DNA of 64,000 bases from Eledone cirrhosa. Taxonomy: Eukaryota. The stretch lies in NCBI GenBank assembly GCA_964016885.1, contig OZ024744.1:121334001-121398000 (forward strand). Reading direction: 5' to 3'. The notes beneath the pieces were generated by a model. It searched no databases and was not told where the DNA came from. It worked only from the letters and a program-made list of their open reading frames with translations. Position 1 is the first letter of the stretch; every line of letters begins with the position of its first letter. This document shows, piece by piece, positions 1 to 12,699 of the stretch. Position numbers and translations under genes: made by a program.

Positions 1-3000
1 GATAAAAGTGAGTGGGTGAGAGGAATAGAGGTAGTGATGGATGTTGTGGAGACAGATAGTGTGAGATGGTTGGGTCATGTGTTGAGGAAGGTTGAATGTG
101 AATGGGTGAGAAGAATAGAGGTTTTGATGGATGTTGTGAAGAGAGATAGTGTGAGATGGTTAGCTCATGTGTTGAGGAAGGATAAAAGTGACTGGGTGTG
201 AGGAATAGAGGTTGTGATGGATGTTGTGAAGACAGATAATGTGAGATGGTTGTGTCATGTGTTGAGGAAGTATGAAAGTGACAGGGTGAGAGGAATAGAG
301 GTAGTGATGTATGTTGTGAAGAGAGATAGTGTGAGATGGTTGGGTCCTGTGTTGAGGAAGGATTAAAGTGACTGGGTGAGAGCAATAGAGGTAGTGATGG
401 ATGTTGTGAAGAGAGATAGTGTGAGATGGTTCGGTCATGTGTTGAGGAAGGATAAAAGAGACTGGGTGAGAGGAATAGAGGTAGTGATGGATGTTGTAAT
501 GGTAGATAGTGTGAGATGGTTAGGTCATGTGTTGAGGAAGGTTAAAAGTGACTGGGTGAGTGGAATAGAGGTAGTGATGGATGTTGTGAAGAGAGATAGT
601 GTGGGACGGTAGGGTCTTGTGTTGAGGAAGTATGAAAGTGACTGGGTGAGAGGAATCAGAGGTAGTGATGGATGTTGTGAAGAGAGATAGTGTGAGATGG
701 TTAGGTCATGTGTTGAGGAAGGATAAAAGTGACTGGGTGAGAGGAAAAGAGGTAGTGATGGATGTTGTGAAGAGAGATGGTGTGAGATGATTGGGTCATG
801 TTTTGAGGAAGGATAAAAGTGACTGGGTGAGAGGAATAGAGGTAGTGATGGATGTTGTGAAGAGAGATAGTGTGAGATGGTTGGGTCATGTGTTGAGGAA
901 GGATAAAAGTGACTGGGTGAGAGGAATAGAGGTAGTAACGGATGTTGTGAAGAGAGATAGTGTGAGATGGTTGGGTCATGTGTTGAGGAAGGATAAAAGT
1001 GACTCGGTGAGAGGAATAGAGGTAGTGATGGATGTTGTGAAGAGAGATAGTTGGAGATGGTTGGGTCATGTGTTGAGGAAGGATGAAAGTGACTGGGTGA
1101 GAGGAATAGAGGTAGTGATGGATGTTGTGAAGAGAGATAGTGTGAGATGGTTGGGTCATGTGTTGAAGAAGGTTAAAAGTGACTGGGTTAGTGGAATAGA
1201 GGTAGTGATGAATGTTGTGAAGAGAGATAGTGTGGGACGGTTGGGTCATGTGTTGAGGAAGTATGAAAGTGACTGGGTGAGAGGAATAGAGGTAGTGCTG
1301 GATGTTGTGAAGAGAGATAGTGTGAGATGGTTGGGTCATGTGTTGAGGAAGTATGAAAGTGACTGGGAGAGAGGAATAGAGGTAGTGATAGATGTTGTGA
1401 AGACAGATAGTGTGAGATGGTTGTGTCATGTGTTGAGGAAGTATGAAAGTGACTGGGTGAGAGGAATAGAGGTAGTGATGGATGTTGTGAAGAGAGATAG
1501 TGTGAGATGGTTGGGTCATGTGTTGAGGAAGGATAAAAGTGACTGGGTGAGAGGAATAGAGGTTTTGATGGATGTTGTGAAGAGAGATAGTGTGAGATGG
1601 TTAGCTAATGTGTTGAGGAAGGATAAAAGTGACTGGGTGAGAGGAATAGAGGTTGTGATGGATGTTGTGAAGAGAGATAGTGTGAGATGGTTGGGTCATG
1701 TGTTGAGGAAGGATAAAAGTGACTGGGTGAGAGGAATAGAGGTAGTGATGGATGTTGCGAAGAGAGATAGTGTGAGATGGTTGGGTCATGTGTTGAGGAA
1801 GGATAAAAGTGACTGGGTGAGAGGAATAGAGGTACTGATAGATGTCGTGAAGACAGATAGTGTGAGATGGTTGGGTCATGTGTTGAGGAAGGATAAAAGT
1901 GACTGGGTTAGAGGAATAGAGGTAGTGATGGATGATGTGAAGAGAGATAGTGTGAGATGGTTAGGTCATGTGTTGAGGAGGGATAAAATTGATTGGGTGA
2001 GAGGAATAGACGTAGTTATGGATGTTGTGAAGAGAGATAGTGTGAGATGGTTGGGTCATGTGTTGAGGAAGGATAAAAGTGAGTGGGTGAGAGGAATAGA
2101 GGTAGTGATGGATGTTGTGAAGACAGATAGTGTGAGATGGTTGGGTCATGTGTTGAGGAAGGTTGAATGTGAATGGGTGAGAAGAATAGAGGTTTTGATG
2201 GATGTTGTGAAGAGAGATAGTGTGGGACGGTAGGGTCATGTGTTGAGGAAGTATGAAAGTGACTGGGTGAGAGGAATCAGAGGTAGTGATGGATGTTGTA
2301 ATGGTAGATAGTGTGAGATGGTTGGGTCATGTGTTGAGGAAGGTTAAAAGTGACTGGGTGAGTGGAATAGAGGTAGTGATGGATGTTGTAAAGAGAGATA
2401 GTGTGGGACGGTAGGGTCATGTGTTGAGGAAGTATGAAAGTGACTGGGTGAGAGGAATCAGAGGTAGTGATGGATGTTGTGAAGAGAGATAGTGTGAGAT
2501 GGTTAGATCATGTGTTGAGGAAGGATAAAAGTGACTGGGTGAGAGGAATAGAGGTAGTGATGGATGTTGTGAAGAGAGATGGTGCGAGATGGTTGGGTCA
2601 TGTTTTGAGGAAGGATAAAAGTGACTGGGTGAGAGGAATAGAGGTAGTAACGGATGTTCTGAAGAGAGATAGTGTGAGATGGTTGGGTCATGTGTTGAGG
2701 AAGGATAAAAGTGACTCGGTGAGAGGAATAGAGGTAGTGATGGATGTTGTGAAGAGAGATAGTGTGAGATGGTTGGGTCATGTGTTGAGGAAGGATAAAA
2801 GTGACTGGGTGAGAGGAATAGAGGTAGTGCTGGATGTTGTAAAGAGAGATAGTGTGAGATGGTTGGGTCATGTGTTGAAGAAGGTTAAAAGTGACTGGGT
2901 GAGTGGAATAGAGGTAGTGATGAATGTTGTGAAGAGAGATAGTGTGGGACGGTTGGGTCATGTGTTGAGGAAGTATGAAAGTGACTGGGTGAGAGGAATC

Positions 3001-5000
3001 AGAGGTAGTGATGGATGTTGTGAAGAGAGATAGTGTGGGACGGTTGGGTCATGTGTTGAGGAGGGATAAAATTGATTGGGTGAGAGGAATAGAGGTAGTG
3101 ATGGATGTTGTGAAGAGAGATAGTGTGAGATGGTTGGGTCATGTGTTGAGGAAGGATAAAAGTGACTGGGTGAGGGGAATAGAGGTAGTGATGGATGTTG
3201 TGAAGAGAGATAGTGTGAGATGGTTGGGTCATGTGTTGAGGAAGGATAAAAGTGAGTGGGTGAGAGGAATAGAGGTAGTGATGGATGTTGTGAAGAGAGA
3301 TAGTGTGAGATGGTTGGTTCATGTGTTGAGGAAGGATAAAAGTGAGTGGGTGAGAGGAATAGGGGTAGTGATGGATGTTGTGAAGAGAGATAGTGTGAGA
3401 TGGTTGGGTCATGTCTTGAGGAAGGTTGAATGTGAATGGGTGAGAGGAACAGAGGTAGTGATGGATGTTGCGAAGGGAGATAGTGTGAGATGGTTGGGTC
3501 ATGTGTTGAGGAAGGATAAAAGTGACTGTGTGAGAGGAATAGAGGGTTTGATGGATGTTGTGAAGAGAGATAGTGTGAGATGGTTGGGTCATGTGTTGAG
3601 GAAGGATAAAAGTGACTGGGTGAGAGGAATAGAGGTAGTGATGGATGTTGCGAAGAGAGATAGTGTGAGATGGTTGGGTCATGTGTTGAGGAAGGATAAA
3701 AGTGAGTGGGTGAGAGGAATAGAGGTAGTGATGGATGTTGTGGAGACAGATAGTGTGAGATGGTTGGGTCATGTGTTGAGGAAGGTTGAATGTGAATGGG
3801 TGAGAAGAATAGAGGTTTTGATGGATGTTGTGAAGAGAGATAGTGTGAGATGGTTAGCTCATGTGTTGAGGAAGGATAAAAGTGACTGGGTGTGAGGAAT
3901 AGAGGTTGTGATGGATGTTGTGAAGACAGATAATGTGAGATGGTTGTGTCATGTGTTGAGGAAGTATGAAAGTGACAGGGTGAGAGGAATAGAGGTAGTG
4001 ATGTATGTTGTGAAGAGAGATAGTGTGAGATGGTTGGGTCCTGTGTTGAGGAAGGATTAAAGTGACTGGGTGAGAGCAATAGAGGTAGTGATGGATGTTG
4101 TGAAGAGAGATAGTGTGAGATGGTTCGGTCATGTGTTGAGGAAGGATAAAAGAGACTGGGTGAGAGGAATAGAGGTAGTGATGGATGTTGTAATGGTAGA
4201 TAGTGTGAGATGGTTAGGTCATGTGTTGAGGAAGGTTAAAAGTGACTGGGTGAGTGGAATAGAGGTAGTGATGGATGTTGTGAAGAGAGATAGTGTGGGA
4301 CGGTAGGGTCTTGTGTTGAGGAAGTATGAAAGTGACTGGGTGAGAGGAATCAGAGGTAGTGATGGATGTTGTGAAGAGAGATAGTGTGAGATGGTTAGGT
4401 CATGTGTTGAGGAAGGATAAAAGTGACTGGGTGAGAGGAAAAGAGGTAGTGATGGATGTTGTGAAGAGAGATGGTGTGAGATGATTGGGTCATGTTTTGA
4501 GGAAGGATAAAAGTGACTGGGTGAGAGGAATAGAGGTAGTGATGGATGTTGTGAAGAGAGATAGTGTGAGATGGTTGGGTCATGTGTTGAGGAAGGATAA
4601 AAGTGACTGGGTGAGAGGAATAGAGGTAGTAACGGATGTTGTGAAGAGAGATAGTGTGAGATGGTTGGGTCATGTGTTGAGGAAGGATAAAAGTGACTCG
4701 GTGAGAGGAATAGAGGTAGTGATGGATGTTGTGAAGAGAGATAGTTGGAGATGGTTGGGTCATGTGTTGAGGAAGGATGAAAGTGACTGGGTGAGAGGAA
4801 TAGAGGTAGTGATGGATGTTGTGAAGAGAGATAGTGTGAGATGGTTGGGTCATGTGTTGAAGAAGGTTAAAAGTGACTGGGTTAGTGGAATAGAGGTAGT
4901 GATGAATGTTGTGAAGAGAGATAGTGTGGGACGGTTGGGTCATGTGTTGAGGAAGTATGAAAGTGACTGGGTGAGAGGAATAGAGGTAGTGCTGGATGTT
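1..5000 (+). repeat. Higher-order duplication, period 3694 bp (41 monomers + 4 bp): 1-~1305 repeated at 3695-~5000
   Basis: Matching ORFs offset by 3694 (160/3854, 376/4070, 701/4395, 791/4485). Shared rare variants GTGGAGACAG, GACAGGG, ATGTATG, GGAAAAGAG, AGTTGGAG. Confidence 0.9.
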
Positions 5001-7429
5001 GTAAAGGGAGATAGTGTGAGATGGTTGGGTCATGTGTTGAGGAAGTATAAAAGTGACTGGGTGAGAGGAATAGAGGTAGTGATGGATGTTGTGAAGAGAG
5101 ATAGTGTGAGATGGTTGGGTCCTGTGTTGAGGAAGGATGAAAGTGACTGGGTGAGAGGAACAGCGGTAGTGATGGATGTTGTGAAGAGAGATAGTGTGAG
5201 ATGGCTGGGTCATGTGTTGAAGAAGGTTAAAAGTGACTGGGTGAGTGGAATAGAGGTAGTGATGAATGTTGTGAAGAGAGATAGTGTGGGACGGTTGGGT
5301 AATGTGTTGAGGAAGTATGAAAGTGACTGGGTGAGAGGAATCAGAGGTAGTGATGGATGTTGTGAAGAGAGATAGTGTGGGACGGTTGGGTCATGTGTTG
5401 AGGAGGGATAAAATTGATTGGGTGAGAGGAATAGAGGTAGTGATGGATGTTGTGAAGAGAGATAGTGTGAGATGGTTGGGTCATGTGTTGAGGAAGGATA
5501 AAAGTGACTGGGTGAGAGGAATAGAGGTAGTGATGGATGTTGTGAAGAGAGATAGTGTGAGATGGTTGGGTCATGTGTTGAGGAAGGATAAAAGTGACTG
5601 GCTGAGAGGAATAGAGGTAGTGATGGATGTTGTGAAGAGAGATAGTGTGAGATGGTTGGTTCATGTGTTGAGGAAGTATAAAAGTGAGTGGGTGAGAGGA
5701 ATAGAGGTAGTGATGGATGTTGTGAAGAGAGATAGTGTGAGATGGTTGGGTCATGTGTTGAGGAAGGTTGAATGTGAATGGGTGAGAGGAACAGAGGTCG
5801 TGATGGATGTTGCGAAGAGAGATAGTGTGAGATGGTTGGGTCATGTGTTGAGGAAGGATAAAAGTGACTGTGTGAGAGGAATGGAGGTTTTGATGGATGT
5901 TGTGAAGAGAGATAGTGTGAGATGGTTGGGTCATGTGTTGAGGAAGGATAAAAGTGACTGGGTGAGAGGAATAGAGGTAGTGATGGATGTTGCGAAGAGA
6001 GATAGTGTGAGATGGTTGGGTCATGTGTTGAGGAAGGATAAAAGTGACTGGGTGAGAGGAATAGAGGTTTTGATGGATGTTGTGAAGAGAGATAGTGTGA
6101 TATGGTTAGCTAATGTGTTGAGGAAGGATAAAAGTGACTGGGTGAGAGGAATAAAGGTTGTGATGGATGTTGTGAAGAGAGATAGTGTGAGATGGTTGGG
6201 TCATGTGTTGAGGAAGTATGAAAGTGACTGGGTGAGAGGAATAGAGGTACTGATAGATGTTGTGAAGACAGATAGTGTGAGATGGTTGGGTCATGTGTTG
6301 AGGAAGGATAAAAGTGACTGGGTGAGAGGAATAGAGGTGGAGATGGATGTTGTGAAGAGAGATAGTGTGAGATGGTTGGGTCATGTGTTGTTGAAGTATG
6401 AAAGTGACTGGGTGAGAGGAATAGAGGTAGTGATAGATGTTGTGAAGACAGATAGTGTGAGATGGTTGTGTCATGTGTTGAGGAAGTATGAAAGTGACTG
6501 GGTGAGAGGAATAGAGGTAGTGATGGATGTTGTGAAGAGAGATAGTGTGAGATGGTTGGGTCATGTGTTGAGGAAGGATTAAAGTGACTGGTGAGAGCAA
6601 TAGAGGTAGTGATGGATGTTGTGAAGAGAGATAGTGTGAGATGGTTGGGTCATGTGTTGAGGAAGGATAAAAGAGACTGGGTGAGAGGAATAGAGGTAGT
6701 GATGGATGTTGTAATGGTAGATAGTGTGAGATGGTTGGGTCATGTGTTGAGGAAGGTTGAATGTGAATGGGTGAGAAGAATAGAGGTTTTGATGGATGTT
6801 GTGAAGAGAGATAGTGTGAGATGGTTAGCTCATGTGTTGAGGAAGGATAAAAGTGACTGGGTGTGAGGAATAGAGGTTGTGATGGATGTTGTGAAGAGAG
6901 ATAGTGTGAGATGGTTGGGTCATGTGTTGAGGAAGTATGAAAGTGACTGGGAGAGAGGAATAGAGGTAGTGATAGATGTTGTGAAGACAGATAGTGTGAG
7001 ATGGTTGTGTCATGTGTTGAGGAAGTATAAAAGTGACTGGGTGAGAGGAATAGAGGTAGTGATGGATGTTGTGAAGAGAGATAGTGTGAGATGGTTGGGT
7101 CATGTGTTGAGGAAGGATAAAAGAGACTGGGTGAGAGGAATAGAGGTAGTGATGGATGTTGTGAAGACAGATAGTGTGAGATGGTTGGGTCATGTGTTGA
7201 GGAAGGTTGAATGTGAATGGGTGAGAAGAATAGAGGTTTTGATGGATGTTGTGAAGAGAGATAGTGTGAGATGGTTAGCTCATGTGTTGAGGAAGGATAA
7301 AAGTGACTGGGTGTGAGGAATAGGGGTTGTGATGGATGTTGTGAAGCGAGATAGTGTGAGATGGTTGGGTCATGTGTTGAGGAAGTATGAAAGTGACTGG
7401 GTGAGAGGAATAGAGGTAGTGATAGATGT

Positions 7430-9285
7430 TGTGAAGACAGATAATGTGAGATGGTTGTGTCATGTGTTGAGGAAGTATGAAAGTGACTGGGTGAGAGGAA
7501 TAGAGGTAGTGATGGATGTTGTGAAGAGAGATAGTGTGAGATGGTTGGGTCATGTGTTGAGGAAGGATTAAAGTGACTGGGTGAGAGCAATAGAGGTAGT
7601 GATGGATGTTGTGAAGAGAGATAGTGTGAGATGGTTGGGTCATGTGTTGAGGAAGGATAAAAGAGACTGGGTGAGAGGAATAGAGGTAGTGATGGATGTT
7701 GTAATGGTAGATAGTGTGAGATGGTTGGGTCATGTGTTGAGGAAGGTTAAAAGTGACTGGGTGAGTGGAATAGAGGTAGTGATGGATGTTGTGAAGAGAG
7801 ATAGTGTGGGACGGTAGGGTCTTGTGTTGAGGAAGTATGAAAGTGACTGGGTGAGAGGAATCAGAGGTAGTGATGGATGTTGTGAAGAGAGATAGTGTGA
7901 GATGGTTAGGTCATGTGTTGAGGAAGGATAAAAGTGACTGGGTGAGAGGAATAGAGGTAGTGATGGATGTTGTGAAGAGAGATGGTGTGAGATGGTTGGG
8001 TCATGTTTTGAGGAAGGATAAAAGTGACTGGGTGAGAGGAAAAGAGGTAGTGATGGATGTTGTGAAGAGAGATAGTGTGAGATGGTTGGGTCATGTGTTG
8101 AGGAAGGATAAAAGTGACTGGGTGAGAGGAATAGAGGTAGTAACGGATGTTGTGAAGAGAGATAGTGTGAGATGGTTGGGTCATGTGTTGAGGAAGGATA
8201 AAAGTGACTGGGTGAGAGGAATAGAGGTAGTGATGGATGTTGCGAAGAGAGATAGTGTGAGATGGTTGGGTCATGTGTTGAGGAAGGATAAAAGTGAGTG
8301 GGTGAGAGGAATAGAGGTAGTGATGGATGTTGTGAAGACAGATAGTGTGAAATGGTTGGGTCATGTGTTGAGGAAGGTTGAATGTGAATGGGTGAGAAGA
8401 ATAGAGGTTTTGATGGATGTTGTGAAGAGAGATAGTGTGAGATGGTTAGCTCATGTGTTGAGGAAGGATAAAAGTGACTGGGTGTGAGGAATAGAGGTTG
8501 TGATGGATGTTGTGAAGACAGATAATGTGAGATGGTTGTGTCATGTGTTGAGGAAGTATGAAAGTGACTGGGTGAGAGGAATAGAGGTAGTGATGGATGT
8601 TGTGAAGAGAGATAGTGTGAGATGGTTGGGTCATGTGTTGAGGAAGGATTAAAGTGACTGGGTGAGAGGAATAGAGGTAGTGATGGATGTTGTGAAGAGA
8701 GATAGTGTGAGATGGTTGGGTCATGTGTTGAGGAAGGATAAAAGAGACTTGGTGAGAGGAATAGAGGTAGTGATGGATGTTGTAATGGTAGATAGTGTGA
8801 GATGGTTAGGTCATGTGTTGAGGAAGGTTAAAAGTGACTGGGTGAGTGGAATAGAGGTAGTGATGGATGTTGTGAAGAGAGATAGTGTGGGACGGTAGGG
8901 TCTTGTGTTGAGGAAGTATGAAAGTGACTGGGTGAGAGGAATCAGAGGTAGTGATGGATGTTGTGAAGAGAGATAGTGTGAGATGGTTAGGTCATGTGTT
9001 GAGGAAGGATAAAAGTGACTGGGTGAGAGGAATAGAGGTAGTGATGGATGTTGTGAAGAGAGATGGTGTGAGATGGTTGGGTCATGTTTTGAGGAAGGAT
9101 AAAAGTGACTGGGTGAGAGGAATAGAGGTAGTGATGGATGTTGTGAAGAGAGATAGTGTGAGATGGTTGGGTCATGTGTTGAGGAAGGATAAAAGTGACT
9201 GGGTGAGAGGAATAGAGGTAGTAACGGATGTTGTGAAGAGAGATAGTGTAAGATGGTTGGGTCATGTGTTGAGGAAGGATAAAAG
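7430..9285 (+). repeat. Imperfect higher-order repeat, period 1081 bp (12 monomers + 1 bp)
   Basis: ORF pairs 7581/8662, 7870/8951, 7906/8987. Same order of variants (GACAGATAAT, GATTAA, GTAATGGTA, CGGTAGGGTCTT, AATCAG, GATGGTGTG, GTAACGG). Confidence 0.75.
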
Positions 9286-10739
9286 TGACTCGGTGAGAGG
9301 AATAGAGGTAGTGATGGATGTTGTGAAGAGAGATAGTGTGAGATGGTTGGGTCATGTGTTGAGGAAGGATAAAAGTGACTGGGTGAGAGGAATAGAGGTA
9401 GTGCTGGATGTTGTAAAGGGAGATAGTGTGAGATGGTTGGGTCATGTGTTGAGGAAGTATAAAAGTGACTGGGTGAGAGGAATAGAGGTAGTGATGGATG
9501 TTGTGAAGAGACATAGTGTGAGATGGTTGGGTCCTGTGTTGAGGAAGGATGAAAGTGACTGGGTGAGAGGAACAGCGGTAGTGATGGATGTTGTGAAGAG
9601 AGATAGTGTGAGATGGTTGGGTCATGTGTTGAAGAAGGTTAAAAGTGACTGGGTGAGTGGAATAGAGGTAGTGATGGATGTTGTGAAGAGAGATAGTGTG
9701 AGATGGTTGGGTCATGTGTTGAGGAGGGATAAAATTGATTGGGTGAGAGGAATAGAGGTAGTGATGGATGTTGTGAAGAGAGATAGTGTGAGATGGTTGG
9801 GTCATGTGTTGAGGAAGGATAAAAGTGACTGGGTGAGAGGAATAGAGGTAGTGATGGATGTTGTGAAGAGAGATAGTGTGAGATGGTTGGGTCATGTGTT
9901 GAGGAAGGATAAAAGTGAGTGGGTGAGAGGAATAGAGGTAGTGATGGATGTTGTGAAGAGAGATAGTGTGAGATGGTTGGTTCATGTGTTGAGGAAGTAT
10001 AAAAGTGAGTGGGTGAGAGGAATAGAGGTAGTGATGGATGTTGTGAAGAGAGATAGTGTCTGATGGTTGGGTCATGTGTTGAGGAAGGTTGAATGTGAAT
10101 GGGTGAGAGGAACAGAGGTCGTGATGGATGTTGCGAAGAGAGATAGTGTGAGATGGTTGGGTCATGTGTTGAGGAAGGATAAAATTGACTGTGTGAGAGG
10201 AATAGAGGTTTTGATGGATGTTGTGAAGAGAGATAGTGTGAGATGGTTGGGTCATGTGTTGAGGAAGGATAAAAGTGACTGGGTGAGAGGAATAGAGGTA
10301 GTGATGGATATTGCGAAGAGAGATAGTGTGAGATGGTTGGGTCATGTGTTGAGGAAGGATAAAAGTGACTGGGTGAGAGGAATAGAGGTTTTGATGGATG
10401 TTGTGAAGAGAGATAGTGTGATATGGTTAGCTAATGTGTTGAGGAAGGATAAAAGTGACTGGGTGAGAGGAATAGAGGTTGTGATGGATGTTGTGAAGAG
10501 AGATAGTGTGAGATGGTTGGGTCATGTGTTGAGGAAGTATGAAAGTGACTGGGTGAGAGGAATAGAGGTACTGATAGATGTTGTGAAGACAGATAGTGTG
10601 AGATGGTTGGGTCATGTGTTGAGGAAGGATAAAAGTGACTGGGTGAGAGGAATAGAGGTGGAGATGGATGTTGTGAAGAGAGATAGTGTGAGATGGTTGG
10701 GTCATGTGTTGTTGAAGTATGAAAGTGACTGGGTGAGAG

Positions 10740-12150
10740 GAATAGAGGTAGTGATAGATGTTGTGAAGACAGATAGTGTGAGATGGTTGTGTCATGTGTT
10801 GAGGAAGTATGAAAGTGACTGGGTGAGAGGAATAGAGGTAGTGATGGATGTTGTGAAGAGAGATAGTGTGAGATGGTTGGGTCATGTGTTGAGGAAGGAT
10901 TAAAGTGACTGGGTGAGAGCAATAGAGGTAGTGATGGATGTTGTGAAGAGAGATAGTGTGAGATGGTTGGGTCATGTGTTGAGGAAGGATAAAAGAGACT
11001 GGGTGAGAGGAATAGAGGTAGTGATGGATGTTGTAATGGTAGATAGTGTGAGATGGTTGGGTCATGTGTTGAGGAAGGTTGAATGTGAATGGGTGAGAAG
11101 AATAGAGGTTTTGATGGATGTTGTGAAGAGAGATAGAGTGAGATGGTTAGCTCATGTGTTGAGGAAGGATAAAAGTGACTGGGTGTGAGGAATAGAGGTT
11201 GTGATGGATGTTGTGAAGAGAGATAGTGTGAGATGGTTGGGTCATGTGTTGAGGAAGTATGAAAGTGACTGGGTGAGAGGAATAGAGGTAGTGATAGATG
11301 TTGTGAAGACAGATAGTGTGAGATGGTTGTGTCATGTGTTGAGGAAGTATGAAAGTGACTGGGTGAGAGGAATAGAGGTAGTGATGGATGTTGTGAAGAG
11401 AGATAGTGTTAGATGGTTGGGTCATGTGTTGAGGAAGGATTAAAGTGACTGGGTGAGAGCAATAGAGGTAGTGATGGATGTTGTGAAGAGAGATAGTGTG
11501 AGATGGTTGGGTCATGTGTTGAGGAAGGATAAAAGAGACTGGGTGAGAGGAATAGAGGTAGTGATGGATGTTGTGAAGACAGATAGTGTGAGATGGTTGG
11601 GTCATGTGTTGAGGAAGGTTGAATGTGAATGGGTGAGAAGAATAGAGGTTTTGATGGATGTTGTGAAGAGAGATAGTGTGAGATGGTTAGCTCATGTGTT
11701 GAGGAAGGATAAAAGTGACTGGGTGTGAGGAATAGAGGTTGTGATGGATGTTGTGAAGTGAGATAGTGTGAGATGGTTGGGTCATGTGTTGAGGAAGTAT
11801 GAAAGTGACTGGGTGAGAGGAATAGAGGTAGTGATAGATGTTGTGAAGACAGATAATGTGAGATGGTTGTGTCATGTGTTGAGGAAGTATGAAAGTGACT
11901 GGGTGAGAGGAATAGAGGTAGTGATGGATGTTGTGAAGAGAGATAGTGTGAGATGGTTGGGTCATGTGTTGAGGAAGGATTAAAGTGACTGGGTGAGAGC
12001 AATAGAGGTAGTGATGGATGTTGTGAAGAGAGATAGTGTGAGATGGTTGGGTCATGTGTTGAGGAAGGATAAAAGAGACTGGGTGAGAGGAATAGAGGTA
12101 GTGATGGATGTTGTAATGGTAGATAGTGTGAGATGGTTGGGTCATGTGTT
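10740..12150 (+). repeat. 6-monomer (540 bp) higher-order repeat, ~2.5 copies
   Basis: GATTAAAG...GAGCAATAG at ~10898, ~11438, ~11978. ORF pairs 10913/11453 and 11147/11687. The same 540 spacing recurs at 16946/17486. Confidence 0.8.
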
Positions 12151-12699
12151 GAGGAAGGTGAAAAGTGACTGAGTGAGTGGAATAGAGGTAGTGATGGATG
12201 TTGTGAAGAGAGATAGTGTGGGACGGTAGGGTCTTGTGTTGAGGAAGTATGAAAGTGACTGGGTGAGAGGAATCAGAGGTAGTGATGGATGTTGTGAAGA
12301 GAGATAGTGTGAGATGGTTAGGTCATGTGTTGAGGAAGGATAAAAGTGACTGGGTGAGAGGAATAGAGGTAGTGATGGATGTTGTGAAGAGAGATGGTGT
12401 GAGATGGTTGGGTCATGTGTTGAGGAAGGATAAAAGTGACTGGGTGAGAGGAATAGAGGTAGTAACGGATGTTGTGAAGAGAGATAGTCTGAGTGGTTGG
12501 GTCATGTGTTGAGGAAGGATAAAAGTGATTCGGTGAGAGGAATAGAGGTAGTGATGGATGTTGTGAAGAGAGATAGTGTGAGATGGTTGGGTCATGTGTT
12601 GAGGAAGGATAAAAGTGACTGGGTGAGAGGAATAGAGGTAGTGCTGGATGTTGTAAAGGGAGATAGTGTGAGATGGTTGGGTCATGTGTTGAGGAAGTA

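Larger units (their letters stand above)
5400..12480 (+). repeat. Larger imperfect duplication, offset ~4321-4412 bp (48-49 monomers): ~5400-8100 vs ~9720-12480
   Basis: ORF pairs 6106/10427 (4321), 6591/10913 (4322), 7275/11687 and 7870/12282 (4412). Shared GTGATATGGTTAGCTAATG and GTTGTTGAAG variants. Confidence 0.75.

Noticed and set aside
515-530. Telomeric TTAGG-like motif and G-rich strand suggesting telomere repeats
   Set aside because: TTAGG arises only as an isolated single-base variant (TTGGG>TTAGG) in some monomers and is never tandem. A subtelomeric location cannot be judged from this window.
6106-7590. His/Ser/Pro-rich minus-strand ORFs (MTQPSHTISLHNIHHYLYSSHPVTFILPQH; LSPSHFYPSSTHDPTISHYLSSQHPSLPLF) as metal-binding or structural proteins
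   Set aside because: The minus strand is almost G-free, so TAG/TGA stops are rare and composition is forced to H/S/P/T/L. Two overlapping frames are open, as expected for a compositional artefact.
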